A stretch of DNA of 64,000 bases from Anthoceros angustus (GCA_010909165.1 MU008198.1:402216-466215), one strand, 5' to 3'; counted from the stretch's first letter, positions 11,601 through 23,880 are shown. Numbers and translations are program-made. Notes: generated by a model not told the origin, from the letters alone.

Positions 11601-13431
11601 GACCCTTTGGGTGTATTTGGGTGTGCCAACTGGTCCTCTCGCCTAAATGCGAGAACCGCTGCACGAAGTGCTGTAGATGAAACAACCATACTCTAACATC
11701 AGAGATGCTCATAAACTGCAATAGGTGGTAGTGAAAGCATTTCATGCTTGCTGACAGAGAAACCAAAAAGGAAACGCTGAGCAGCCTACCAAGATTGGGA
11801 ACAAGTGACCCTGATGGAACACTTGCTCCACAGCTTGTGCAAATGCTCTGCACGTACATTAGGAGCACCTTGAATCAATGCCAGAGACAAGAATTTCTCA
11901 ACTGCAGATTGTACCTAACAACGATGATACAGCACAAGGGTAGGGTTCCAAAATTGAAACAGCTTCTAGATGTGTTAACACTCCTGAAGCCAGTCGTGAA
12001 CTACATGGCAAGAGGCTAGAAGCCTATACTGTCACCACTTCTTCAGATAGTGAATTATGTTCCCCTAGCCCTTTGCTCAACTGGACTTGTAGTGCCCAAA
12101 ACCCAAGTCATACCGTCTCAATGACTCGTTGTAGACTAGCATGCCCAAATGAGTGACCACATTGAGCCACCATGGCATCATCCATTAAAGATCCACTGGA
12201 AGCAACAACTTACCCAAGTTAGATCTAGATTCAGAAGAAGACAGTCAAAGAGCCAGCCATAACACAAATCAGGTTCAGCAATGCATAGGGAAATGAAATA
12301 GGCTCATTTCTCCCAACCTATATTCAAGAAGAAAGCCTTGGATGAAACAAATGTTTCATGTGCAAGGAGCACTGAGGAAAGAGAAGAGCTAAACCATCAA
12401 ACATCACCAGTGTCCTAGAATGCAGTCAACAAACCACAAACCAAAAGATTTTTGGGTTCAACTTACGATATGGGATCTGATAAAACATGCCGAAGCGATA
12501 ACTCTACAACATGCACTTTGTCCTTCTGACCAGACACAGCCGCTGAAAGAGCCTTCCTCGGTGTATAGAACTGGAACCTCCCAGTTTTTACAGACTTGAC
12601 AGCAGGCACAGGTGATGCCGTCTGTAGCAGTTCATGCTGAATGCTTGAGTCCTCTGTCTCAGGAACGCCTGCTGCAGAGGCGTCCATCAAGTCTGTCGGA
12701 CCTGAATTGGGTAAACAATCACCGAGACATTCCTCTTCCATGAAAGGTGTATCCTTCTGGAGCTTCTCAAGAGGCGGGAGATCATCATAAGCAGAGGAAT
12801 CACCCTCCAGTGCCAGTTTAGACGTTTCTCCAGACTCTTTTGCCCCCTCTTTACATTCATCTCCAGTTTTCCACGCAGCTACTCCCGAGGATGAGAAAGA
12901 ATTCATGAACGGAATGGTAGAAGTAGGAGAGGCAGGGACCTCTCCAGTGTTCGGGCACTCAATTTCCACCTTTGGTTCAGCTTCCTGTGACTTCGCCGCT
13001 TGATCACTGCCAGCGGTTTCACAATTCTCATGCCCCTGTGACAGGGCTTGGCCACCTCCCACAACCTCCTCTTTCGTGGCCAGTTCACCTGCTACCTGTT
13101 GTTGCTCCTCCTGGTCGATAACCATGGCAACATGTTCGTCAATCTGTGTCTCCACTTCAATGCCTTCCGCAGTCCCCTTTCCTGCGTCATCTTCCTCCTT
13201 CACTTCTTGATTTCTCTGAACCGTTTCTTTCAACACACCTTCAATCTGGTCACCCCCTCCGTCCTTGCTCGGCCGATCTTTCCCCGAGACTTCCTCCTTC
13301 ACAAGAGGGACAGCTTCCGCAGCTCCAGCCTTCACGGGGCTGTCCACCGGGGAAGGAGGCTCATCGAACCCTGACCCAGGGACAACCACAATCCCAGGCT
13401 TGTCTGCCGGCTTGGCCCCTTCCTGCCCCAT
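8622..13431 (-). CDS. U-box domain protein of the PUB62/PUB63 type with an acidic N-terminus and a long C-terminal extension (multi-exon)
   Basis: Spliced U-box LSDPIS|GSLMDDAMVAQCGHSFG..|SICTSCGASV..PNL|ALRAAVLAFRRE, plus the family C-terminal block GVQFPFVVSDRVLIK|GNKRTPERFVGREAVITTQCLNGW|YMVQTVDSGESVRLQYRSLQK. Further in-phase exons run down to 8622; internal exon boundaries below ~10.8 kb are approximate. Confidence 0.82.
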
Positions 13432-16387
13432 CTCCCGCAGGAGGCAATCCCACCACAATTCACTCTGCTCAACGCCCTTTCCCTAACTCATGCCTCCTGT
13501 GCGAGCTCTGCGGAAAGAAGGCCGGCCCCGACGGAACAAGAACAACCAGCTATCCTCCCTTTCTTGCATAGCTCCTCCAACGTTCAACCAGCCAGCAGCA
13601 GCAGGGGAGCCTGTTTGAAAACTCTAACTCTTCGTTAGATTCTTGTTCTGTTAGACTACCTACCTACCACCTAATGCTGTCCGCTCCTCCCCAAACTCCA
13701 ACCAAGGCTGCTCGACCTCGCTTCACCAGATTCCAGCCTTGAAGCTGCACCACCTCGTACCTCTTCCAGCCACTCATCAGGGCTGCAAAACGCCCGCATA
13801 CTCGCTCATTCCACCTAATTCACTCCCGCCGGCGGCCGTACTAATCCACAACCTCTGCAGCTTCCCAGCCCACAATTTGCCTTCAAGAAAACGCAACTCT
13901 GCCCTCTTACAGCTCCAATTGCTCGTGCCCACCACCGCCCCATCCTTGCCCACGGCACATCAAACCCACGCCTTGGAAACCAGCAATTTCCGCTTCCAAT
14001 TGAAGCCCCGGGCTCAAATTGCGGCCCGTGCGCGGGCCTGGAGCCCGCGGAGGCTACACACGGTCGCTGTCCCAGATCTAGGCCTTCCGAAGCTGCCCAA
14101 GACCCGATTCTGACAGCCCAAACCTGCTCACCGGGAGAAACGCCACGGTCAGCAATCCAGCGCTCAAAGAGCAAGACAGGCTGCTAAGCCCGGGCAAAGC
14201 CAGCAAGCCAGCAAGCTCAGGGCGGAGACGGAGGCGGGGACAGAGACAGAGACAGGATCTCCTATCTCTACCTTACAAGAGAAGCAAGGAAGCAGGGAAA
14301 AATGCAGACAACGTCTCAACGGGAGCTGAATGTGCAACAGCAATCCAAGGACGAATACTTCGACGGATGCTAACTTCTCAGTCATGACCCACCATTCAGC
14401 CAAGCTACAGCAAGTGAAGGGTGCGAGTTCAGTGTCAGACTACAAGCTTCTCAACCAATTCGATCAGCTTGAGCACTAAGTGCGTGTCCCAAAACGTGTC
14501 TGGAGTGCCCCCTCACAACGCCTTGGGTGGTTATTAGTACCACGTATGGAACTCTACGGAGAAGGAGTTTACCCTCTTCGTTTAGGTGCATATTCCCCTT
14601 ATTATATTGGGTTAAAAGGATGGGAGTTGTTTAGCTACCTACCTCTTTCTCTGTTGAATGAATGGCAAAACAATGACGCTCTGGGCATGCAGTCTGGAAG
14701 TTAGCATGGCATGTTACGTTGGGCAAGAAGGATCAGCTTGAGTGATCAGGGAATAATGCAGCAACATGTTCGTCAATCTGTGTCTCCACTTCAATGCCTT
14801 CCGCAGTCCCTTTCCTGCGTCATCTTCCTCCTTCACTTCTTGATTTCTCTGAACCGTTTCTTTCACACCTTCAATCTGGTCACCCCTCCGTCCTTGCTCG
14901 GCCGATCTTTCCCCGAGACTTCCTCCTTCACAAGAGGGACAGCTTCCGCAGCTCCAGCCTTCACGGGGCTGTCCACCGGGGAAGGAGGCTCATCGAACCC
15001 TGACCCAGGGACAACCACAATCCCAGGCTTGTCTGCCGGCTTGGCCCCTTCCTGCCCCATCTCCCGCAGGAGGCAATCCCACCACAATTCACTCTGCTCA
15101 ACGCCCTTTCCCTAACTCATGCCTCCTGTGCGAGCTCTGCGGAAAGAAGGCCGGCCCCGACGGAACAAGAACAACCAGCTATCCTCCCTTTCTTGCATAG
15201 CTCCTCCAACGTTCAACCAGCCAGCAGCAGCAGGGGAGCCTGTTTGAAAACTCTAACTCTTCGTTAGATTCTTGTTCTGTTAGACTACCTACCTACCACC
15301 TAATGCTGTCCGCTCCTCCCCAAACTCCAACCAAGGCTGCTCGACCTCGCTTCACCAGATTCCAGCCTTGAAGCTGCACCACCTCACCTCTTCCAGCCAC
15401 TCATCAGGGCTGCAAAACGCCCACATACTCGCTCATTCCACCTAATTCACTCCCGCCGGCATGTGCTAATCCACAACCTCTGCAGCTTCCCAGCCCACAA
15501 TTTGCCTTCAAGAAAACGCAACTCTGCCCTCTTACAGCTCCAATTGCTCGTGCCCACCACCGCCCCATCCTTGCCCGGCACATCAAACCCACGCCTTGAA
15601 ACCAGCAATTTCCGCTTCCAATTGAAGCCCCGGGCTCAAATTGCGGCCCGTGCGCGGGCCTGGAGCCCGCGGAGGCTACACACGGTCGCTGTCCCAGATC
15701 TAGGCCTTCCGAAGCTGCCCAAGACCCGATTCTGACAGCCCAAACCTGCTCACCGGGAGAAACGCCACGGTCAGCAATCCAGCGCTCAAAGAGCAAGACA
15801 GGCTGCTAAGCCCGGGCAAAGCCAGCAAGCCAGCAAGCTCAGGGCGGAGACGGAGGCGGGGACAGAGACAGAGACAGGATCTCCTATCTCTACCTTACAA
15901 GAGAAGCAAGGAAGCAGGGAAAAATGCAGACAACGTCTCAACGGGAGCTGAATGTGCAACAGCAATCCAAGGACGAATACTTCGACGGATGCTAACTTCT
16001 CAGTCATGACCCACCATTCAGCCAAGCTACAGCAAGTGAAGGGTGCGAGTTCAGTGTCAGACTACAAGCTTCTCAACCAATTCGATCAGCTTGAGCACTA
16101 AGTGCGTGTCCCAAAACGTGTCTGGAGTGCCCCTCACAACGCCTTGGGTGGTTATTAGTACCACGTATGGAACTCTACGGAGAAGGAGTTTACCCTCTTC
16201 GTTTAGGTGCATATTCCCCTTATTATATTGGGTTAAAAAGGATGGGAGTTGTTTAGCTACCTACCTCTTTCTCTGTTGAATGAATGGCAAGAGCAATGAC
16301 GCTCTGGGCATGCAGTCTGGAAGTTAGCATGGCATGTTACGTTGGGCAAGAAGGATCAGCTTGAGTGATCAGGGAATAATGCAGCAA
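13131..16387. repeat. Near-identical 1.63-kb tandem duplication (13131-14764 and 14765-16387) covering the 5' end and promoter of the U-box gene
   Basis: Base-level identity between copies; 4-bp gcaa microhomology at the junction. Differences are mostly small indels. Confidence 0.92.
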
Positions 16388-16751
16388 GAGTAGCTAGCAG
16401 ATGGCTTGATGTATGTTGGCCAAACACAGTTCACAGCGTCAGTTATTCAGCATAGAATTCTTCAAATAGAAGTCAAGTTCAACAGGATGCAAAGATAAGA
16501 TGAGGGTCCTAGACGGGTAAGTCAGGCAGTCAGGAATTCAGGCAATCAGGCAATCAGGATGTACCCTGCATTCACAGACACCAAGACAGCTGAGTAGAAC
16601 AGTAGAACAGGAGACCAGAACCAGCTTGCTGGAATAGACAACCTCGATCTTCCCTGCATTCACAGACACACATGGGAACCAAGACAAGTAGATGTTATGC
16701 TAAACAATGAAATCTCTACTTCATGCAAGTTTGACAGCACCTCGCATCTCA

Positions 16752-17170
16752 AGATGCCCCCATCCTCCGACGAATCCACAACGTCCTGTTGTTTGAGACT
16801 CTCGCACCTCTGAAACTATGAAACACATTTCCTAGTTGATGAAACGATTCTCGTTTCATAGTTAGTGGGACTCGTTTCATAGTTAGGAGAACTCGTTCCC
16901 TAACCTTTATCCTCAAAACGCCAATGCCCATCCCCCCCTCTACAGCAACAAGAGCGCAGTCTCTCACGATGATCTCTCGTTTCTCAAGGAGTGACATGAT
17001 CGTCGTGCTGCTGTGGCAGTTGTTGCACATGCGCAGATTCTTGGTCACAAGCAATGTTGTGCCATTTGGCGTGTGGAGCAGGCCATCTGCCCAACACAAG
17101 GCTCCTCCATCGCTTGCTCAGACACCGCGTCAGCACACGTCTTCCTTGATACCTGGAGGCTCATTTTCAG
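16752..17170 (-). pseudogene. Degenerate DYW-domain remnant (partial duplicate of the upstream PPR-DYW 3' end)
   Basis: [42 protein letters not shown] aligns with [42 protein letters not shown]. The HAE motif region is frameshifted or lost and the C-terminus is interrupted. Confidence 0.8.
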
Positions 17171-17311
17171 GCCCGTGAAATCGCTTGGGAGGAGGGCCAG
17201 TCGCAGCCCCGATTCCACCGGATCTGAGCCAAATTTCAGCCCTGCACCCTAACGCAAAATTCACTATTCTCTGGAGGACACACTTGGGCACTGGCTAGTT
17301 CTTCATTTTCC

Positions 17312-20300
17312 TCATGGTCGACCCTTACAACTGCAACAACCAGCTGCGAATCGATGCACTCGGTACCCATCCCTTACAACAATGTCTCTCTGTTCAAGCC
17401 TTGACATGATCTCCGTGGAACTGTGGCAGTCACTGCACATGCGTAGATTCTTCGTTACCACCAAAGGTGTCCCACTCGGAGTGTTCAAGAGGCCAAAAGC
17501 CAGAGCTAGCTTCTCAGCATGCCCACAAAGCGCATCTTCCTTTTCCTTCTCAGACAGTGGCTTCAACACCAATTTTGTGTGAGGTTCGTGGCCTCCTTCC
17601 TCCTTCAGACGTGCATTCGTGCTCTCTACCTTGAGCGCAATATCTTCTCTCCTTTCTCCCACCAGGAACCTATGTACCTGCTTATTCACCTCAACGGTCG
17701 CCACTGCATGTTTCTTGTTAGCTCCTGCTACCATTCTCCGTGTTTCAATCCTGTCTACGTCTGTCCACCGACCTGCATCTGCATAGGCATTGGCCATTAG
17801 CACATAGGCGGGAGACTCCTGGGGGTCCAGCCTCACAATGTTTTCAAAACACCAGATCGCCCTCTTTATATCCCCGTGACTTTTGCAGGCACTCAACAAA
17901 GACGTCAGTCCCACAACATTCCTTTGGTCCGCGCATGATAATAGCACCTTCTCTGCCTCATCTAAATGGCCTGCACGCCCAAGAAGATCAATCATGCAAT
18001 TGTAATGCTCAAGAGTAGGTCTGATGCCATGTTGTTCAGCCATGGAATCAAAGTGCTTGCGACCCTCGTGGACAAGTCCCCAGTGACTGCATGCTACGAA
18101 AAGGCAAGTAAAAGTAGCAGCATTGGGCTGAATACCGGCAACTAACATCTCCTCAAAACAAGCTAGTGCCTTGTGACCTTCATCACAAGTACCATACCCA
18201 GATATCAGGGCATTCCATGTCACCACATCCTTTGTGTTCATGCTGTCAAAAACCTGGCGTGCATCTTCCAGTTCACCACATTTTGCATACATGTCCACCA
18301 GGCAGGTGCCCAACACTACATCATCCACCAGTCCTCTTTCGACAATCTGTGAGTGCAGATGCCTGCCCTTCTGTAAGGCACCAGTGCTTCCACAGGCCTT
18401 CAGAAGGCAAGCAAAAGTGACATTATCAGCCAAAATGAGGCCCGCATCCTCCATTCGTCCATACAGAACAAGCCCCTCTTGGCTGAGTCCTTGGTGTGCA
18501 TATCCAGCAATCAGGGCGGTCCATGTTACCACATTCTTTGTGGCCAAGCTGTCAAAAACCTGGCGTGCATCTTCCAGTTCACCACATTTTGCATACATGT
18601 CCACCAGGCAGGTGCCCAACACATCATCCAGCAGTCCTCTTTCGACAATCTGTGAGTGCAGCTGCCTGCCCTTCTGTAAGGCACCAGTGCTTCCACAGGC
18701 CTTCAGAAGGCAAAAGTAACATTATCAGCCAAAATGAGGCCCTCCTCCATTTGTCCATACACAAGCGCCTCTTGGCTGAGTCCTTGCTGTGCATACCCAG
18801 CAATCAGGGCTCCATGTCACCACATTCTTTGTGGCCAAGCTGTCAAAAACCTGGCGTGCATCTTCCAGTTCACCACATTTTGCATACATGTCCACCAGGC
18901 AGGTGCCAACACGTCATCCAGCAGTCCTCTTTGACAATCTGTGAGTGCAGCTGCCTGCCCTTCTGTAAGGCACCAGTGCTTGCACAGGCCTTCAGAAGGC
19001 AAGCAAAAGTAACATGGTCAGCCAAAATGAGGCCCTCCTCCATTTGTCCATACACAAGCGCCTCTTGGCCAAGTCCTTGCTGCATACCCAGCTATCAGGG
19101 CATTCCATGTCACCACATCCTTTGTGGCCATGCTGTCAAAAACCTGGCGTGCATCTTCCAGTTCACCACATTTTGCATACATGTCCACCAGGCAGGTGCC
19201 CAACACTACGTCATCCAGCAGTCCTCTTTCGACAATCTGTGAGTGCAGCTGCCTGCCCTTCTGTAAGGCACCAGTGCTTGCACAGGCCTTCAGAAGGCAA
19301 GCAAAAGTAACATGGTTAGCCAAAAGCAGGCCCTCCTGCTCCATTTGTCCATACACAACAAGTGCCTCATGTCCAAGCCCTTGCTGGGAATACCCAGATA
19401 TCAGGGCATTCCATGTCACCACATCCTTTGTGGCCATGCTGTCAAAAACCTGGCTTGCATCTTTCAGTTCACCACATTTTGCATACATGTCCACAAGACA
19501 GGTGCCAACAAACAAGTCAGGAAGAATGCCACTGTGCAACACATCACAATGCACTTCTCTGCCAGAGTCCAAGTCCGCTGCAAATGCACAAGCTTGAAGG
19601 ACAGCTACAAAGACGTGAGCATCGGCCTTCACTCCTGACCTACGCATCTCACGGTACAGTTGTATGGCCACCTTAGGTTTCCCATGCTTAGCATATGCAG
19701 AGATGATGGCAGACCACATGAAGGAATTTGGTTTGCGCACCCTGGTGAACACATCCATGGCCTCCTCTAGCCTACCTCCACATGCATACATGCGCAAGAA
19801 ATGGTTCCCCAAGTATGCATTCGACTCGTACCCAAGTTTGATACTGAGATCATGAACTCGTCGCCCCACGACCAAATCCTTCTTAGCTGTACACAGTTTC
19901 AGCACAGTGTAAAACAGAGACTGAGAAATGCCATAGTCTGTCCGTGCCAGAGCTTCGAGGGCTTCAACGGCCTCAGAAAGCTTCCCCTGCTGACATAACA
20001 TGCTCACGGCTCCAGCCGTTACGACGCCCATTCGCGATCCTGCACGCCTGCCAGGCTCAGGCTTATCCGGAGAGCTGGACTCGGAAGGAGAGGCACCATG
20101 ACCCATCTGCAGATCCAAGGAAAAGAGCTGCTCATCGACCCAAGGGGGCTTCAACATGCTGTTTAACCACAGCACCTCGCCAGATCCCTTACGCCGGAAG
20201 TCAGGCGAACGGGAGCTCTTCTTATCGCGTCTGTTGTCCCACCACATGGTTGGGTCCAGAAAAAATTGTTGCCACAAGTGCTCCTGCTCCTGGCAACGAC

Positions 20301-20502
20301 CATCGCTGGAAAACCCGTCCCCACCGACACATTTTCTGGGAATTGGAGGTGCTGGGCTCCTTCCACTACTGCCCCAGGAGGCCTTGTTTGCCAGGGGTTC
20401 ACTCCCTAAGATGAGGTGAGCGGGAGCTCCTCGTACAATCTCTGTACACACACCAGTTTGTTGGGTCCACAACGGGTCCGGTTGCCATACCGTGGCCATC
20501 AT
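17312..20502 (-). CDS. PLS-class PPR protein with an N-terminal OSB-type PDF motif and a C-terminal E/E+ and DYW:KP (GRP-ending) domain; intronless, with apparent frameshifts at ~18.7-19.1 kb
   Basis: ATG at 20502; canonical P-L-S triplets; [10 protein letters not shown] box, [18 protein letters not shown] and terminal CSCKGRP*. Two ORFs (19018..20502 and 17312..18622) are bridged by near-identical triplets carrying 2-4-bp deletions. Confidence 0.88.
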
Positions 20503-22162
20503 TCAGAGACCGGTCTCGGAAGATGAGTCTGATGACAGACCATGAGTCTAACGACAGACTATGGCAATGGCAGGATGCCCAGGTACATGCTGTAGTTTTC
20601 TACGTCTCATCTAACGGCGTGAGACAACCGATTCTAACCGTTTTACGTTCTTTCACAGTTTTAGACTCGTCTGGCAAAATCCACAGAGCACATACATGTA
20701 GTTATGTACCTGAGGAGATATCTAACCTGCATATATGGATTGAGTGTGTTGAACCTCAGCAAATACAATAGGTGATTACTTTACTAGAGTGATTCTTCTA
20801 GTATTAAATAGTTTGAGCCAAAAAGATCTTCCTATGACAATCTTATATGTGAACATTTGCATCCAACTTTGATAAGTTGTAAGTAATAAAGATATGTTTC
20901 CAACACTGTGGCTCCTTCCGGTGCTATGTTCTAGGGAGAATGAGATCGATTGGAGACAAACTGTATGAGTCAGCCAAAGAATTAAAGGATGGAAAGGGAT
21001 GACTTGAACATGAGAAGAAATTTCCAATTCATAATCAAGAGAGTCAGGTTGATGAGATGGAGGTAGCTGGAAGTGCAGAGTTGGACTGTCCTTGTGGGTT
21101 CCAGCCTCAGCATATCACTAATATTGCTAGTCCAAGAGCGTTTGCTTCTATGAGGCTTGCAAATCAAAGGGCTTGGCCCAACTAGCTCGTTTCGTTGCTA
21201 GTACATTCCAGCCTTAGGAACTAGCACGATTCCTTTGTGCTTTCGCTACGCTATTTCACTCTGCTTATCCCTTGCTTGATGTTATGAACTTGAGCTTTGG
21301 AGGGTGTGTAGGTGGAAACTTTGCTCACTCTGATGTTTAAGGACTAGGTTTGTTTGACTTTTCATTTCATGGGCATATTGGACGAAATTTTTCATGTAGA
21401 TCATCAATCACATATATTAGCATAAGTTTAGAAATTTGAGGTTTGACATTTGGCTGTTGCTCCTTAGTATTTGCCAGTTTTGGTGAGGAATGAAAGCATG
21501 AAATAGGAATATTGTAATCGACCAGTAGAGAGATGGACAAAGAGGCTTCAAAGCGCTAGCCACATCGAACGGACTTTTATCTTATACACCTAAAATTATA
21601 TTAACTCTAAAATGGCCGGGCCTGTGCTAATGTATACTTAGTATTTTGTGGGAGAGATCTTGATATACCTAGTATTTTATGGGAAGGGTCTTGATTTTCC
21701 TTACTATTCTACTGGTCTCAATGCCTTTTTGATAAAATGTTCGAGGAGTAACTACCAAGCGTAATATGCATTCCAATGAGCCTGAGTTTATTCTTATTAG
21801 ATGCTTGTTCCAACGAGCAGCTAATGGACGGTTGGCTGTAGAGGGGCGTTTTTTGTAGAGTTGTTTTTTCGTCGCTACACTTTTTGTAATCGGTAGGCAA
21901 CCACATGGTATCAAACTATTTAAGAGGTAATAATTGACCAAATCTCACATTTTTTGGTCAGTCCCGAAATAAAAAACCAAAGTGTAAGACTGATACTCTT
22001 TGGTCATTTTAGGATTAAGTACATCATGTACTTCAACACTTCGTTAGCATCCACAAACCAATGGACTTACTACTACATATTGGAAGAGATAAGGATTGAA
22101 TACAAACTTTAGAAGCAACCTAAAAGAAAACCTTCTATATAGTCATTTAATATCTACCTTCC

Positions 22163-23543
22163 TTATTGTTGTATAACAAAAGTGAACCCATCCATTTCCG
22201 ACCAATGACAAAACACATTTTGTCCTGGCTTTCCTCCTAATATCGTAAAGATTTCACTATTAACATTCCATTCACTTGTGTCAGTATGACAAGTAACAAT
22301 ATTGGTTATATTATGATATTGTTTTGAGGTAGATTGTAGCGTGACGGAATATATTCTTGTTTTTGGTAAATAGTGACACCATTCAAGCCTATAAGGGAAC
22401 AATGGAGAATGACAAGATATGGATCGAGATTCAACATCACTTTCTAACTTCACATCCACTACTTTAAAACGACCCATTTTAATGAGTTTATCACTAGTTG
22501 GAAATGAACTGCTGCGTAATAATTTTATTGGAGGCATCACTTTATTATGTTCCATGAATATTTCCTTCAAAAAATCCGCCATATCTTCCATAGAAGCTAT
22601 AAGTGAAATAATTTCATGTGAAAGTGGTATTTGATTGATTTGTAAAATGTGGATAAGTGTTCGCATGACGTATGCCATTGTAGACGTTTCAGAAATGTGC
22701 AATTGCTCCAATATTATTGGTAAATCGGTCCATGTCAACCCTCCTAATGCTTGGCTAAGGGGCCTTGGAAGGAAAGATCTTTCAAATACATTTAATTCAT
22801 TAGAAAACCTGGTAGAAGGCCACTCAAGCGCTCTATGATCTCTTTTGGGAAAAAGATCCTCTTCTAGAAACCATATGTGTTGTGCTTGTGAAGATACTGA
22901 GTTTGGCAAGAAAATATTCGTTCTATATTCTACTGACCTTGATAGAAAATCACCTACAGACAATAAGTGCAACGAGTCTATGGATTCGTTGTTCGAGTTG
23001 TCAAGATTATCACATAACAACCCTGCCATATGACAAAATGACACCGCAAGGGATGGGCTTTGTGATAACTCCTTCGATTGGATTGACAAGAGAAACAAAA
23101 TCTGATCCAGAGGTGACAAAGGTGACATGATGTTTTGCATCAATTCAAGTAAATTTGTACTTCCCAAGGTTGCATTCCAATACGTGGATATAGTAGGATA
23201 TATTATCTTGGAATGCGGTTGTGAATTGTAGACTTTTTTGGTGGAATTAGTTTCACTATTATTTGTGGATGAAGAACAATCCACACAGTCATTGTTTACC
23301 TACAAAAAAAACAAAAAAACACATAGGGATTATCAATTGTGCAACACCTTTAAAGAAAGTAATACTCGAGCTCTAAAAGTTTATGCAGTACAAGGTACGC
23401 AATATAATCATGCGATTAACACAAGATCACATTAAAGTCATGTGCACACTTTACAAGCAATAACTCATGATATTCCTTGGGGTTACCAAAATGAACGTGA
23501 AGATAAATATGAGCAAAATATTGATAGTGGTAACCATATTCAT
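22163..23543 (-). CDS. AT-rich two-exon orphan gene encoding a ~397-aa protein with a predicted signal peptide; exons 23543-23487 and 23299-22163
   Basis: Exon 1 encodes MNMVTTINILLIFIFTFIL followed by a gtaacc donor. A 187-nt intron ends in a long T tract plus tag; a phase-0 join gives VNNDCVDCSSS and the 373-aa ORF of the track. Confidence 0.6.
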
Positions 23544-23669
23544 TTGTTTGGATTTTTAATATACTTTAGAGAAATATGTGAACAATATATAACACAACAT
23601 GACTGGCCACGTCAATTGAACAATTGAACTTTATTAAAGTTCACCAGGATGTCAATTGTATGATGCAAT

Positions 23670-23880
23670 TGAAGTAGCTTTAATAGAGGTTATGCAAGAG
23701 TCGCTTTAATAAAATTAATGAAAATTGCAGATCTAAGTCGCTATCATAGAATTTATGAAAATTGTGGATGTGGTTGACTTGCTTTACTATAGTTTATGCA
23801 AATCTTATTATCCAGTTGACTTGCTTTAGTAGAGTTTATGTAATTCTACTATGTCGTGGACTCGCTTTAATAGAGCTTAG
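23670..23880. repeat. Degenerate ~40-bp tandem repeats
   Basis: gct(t)taatagag(t/g)ttatg-like unit, ~5 copies. Confidence 0.6.

Noticed and set aside
12196-12466. Extra AG/GT pairs in the U-box intron as further alternative exons
   Set aside because: The candidate segments show no homology to neighbouring exons and contain stops in the needed frames.
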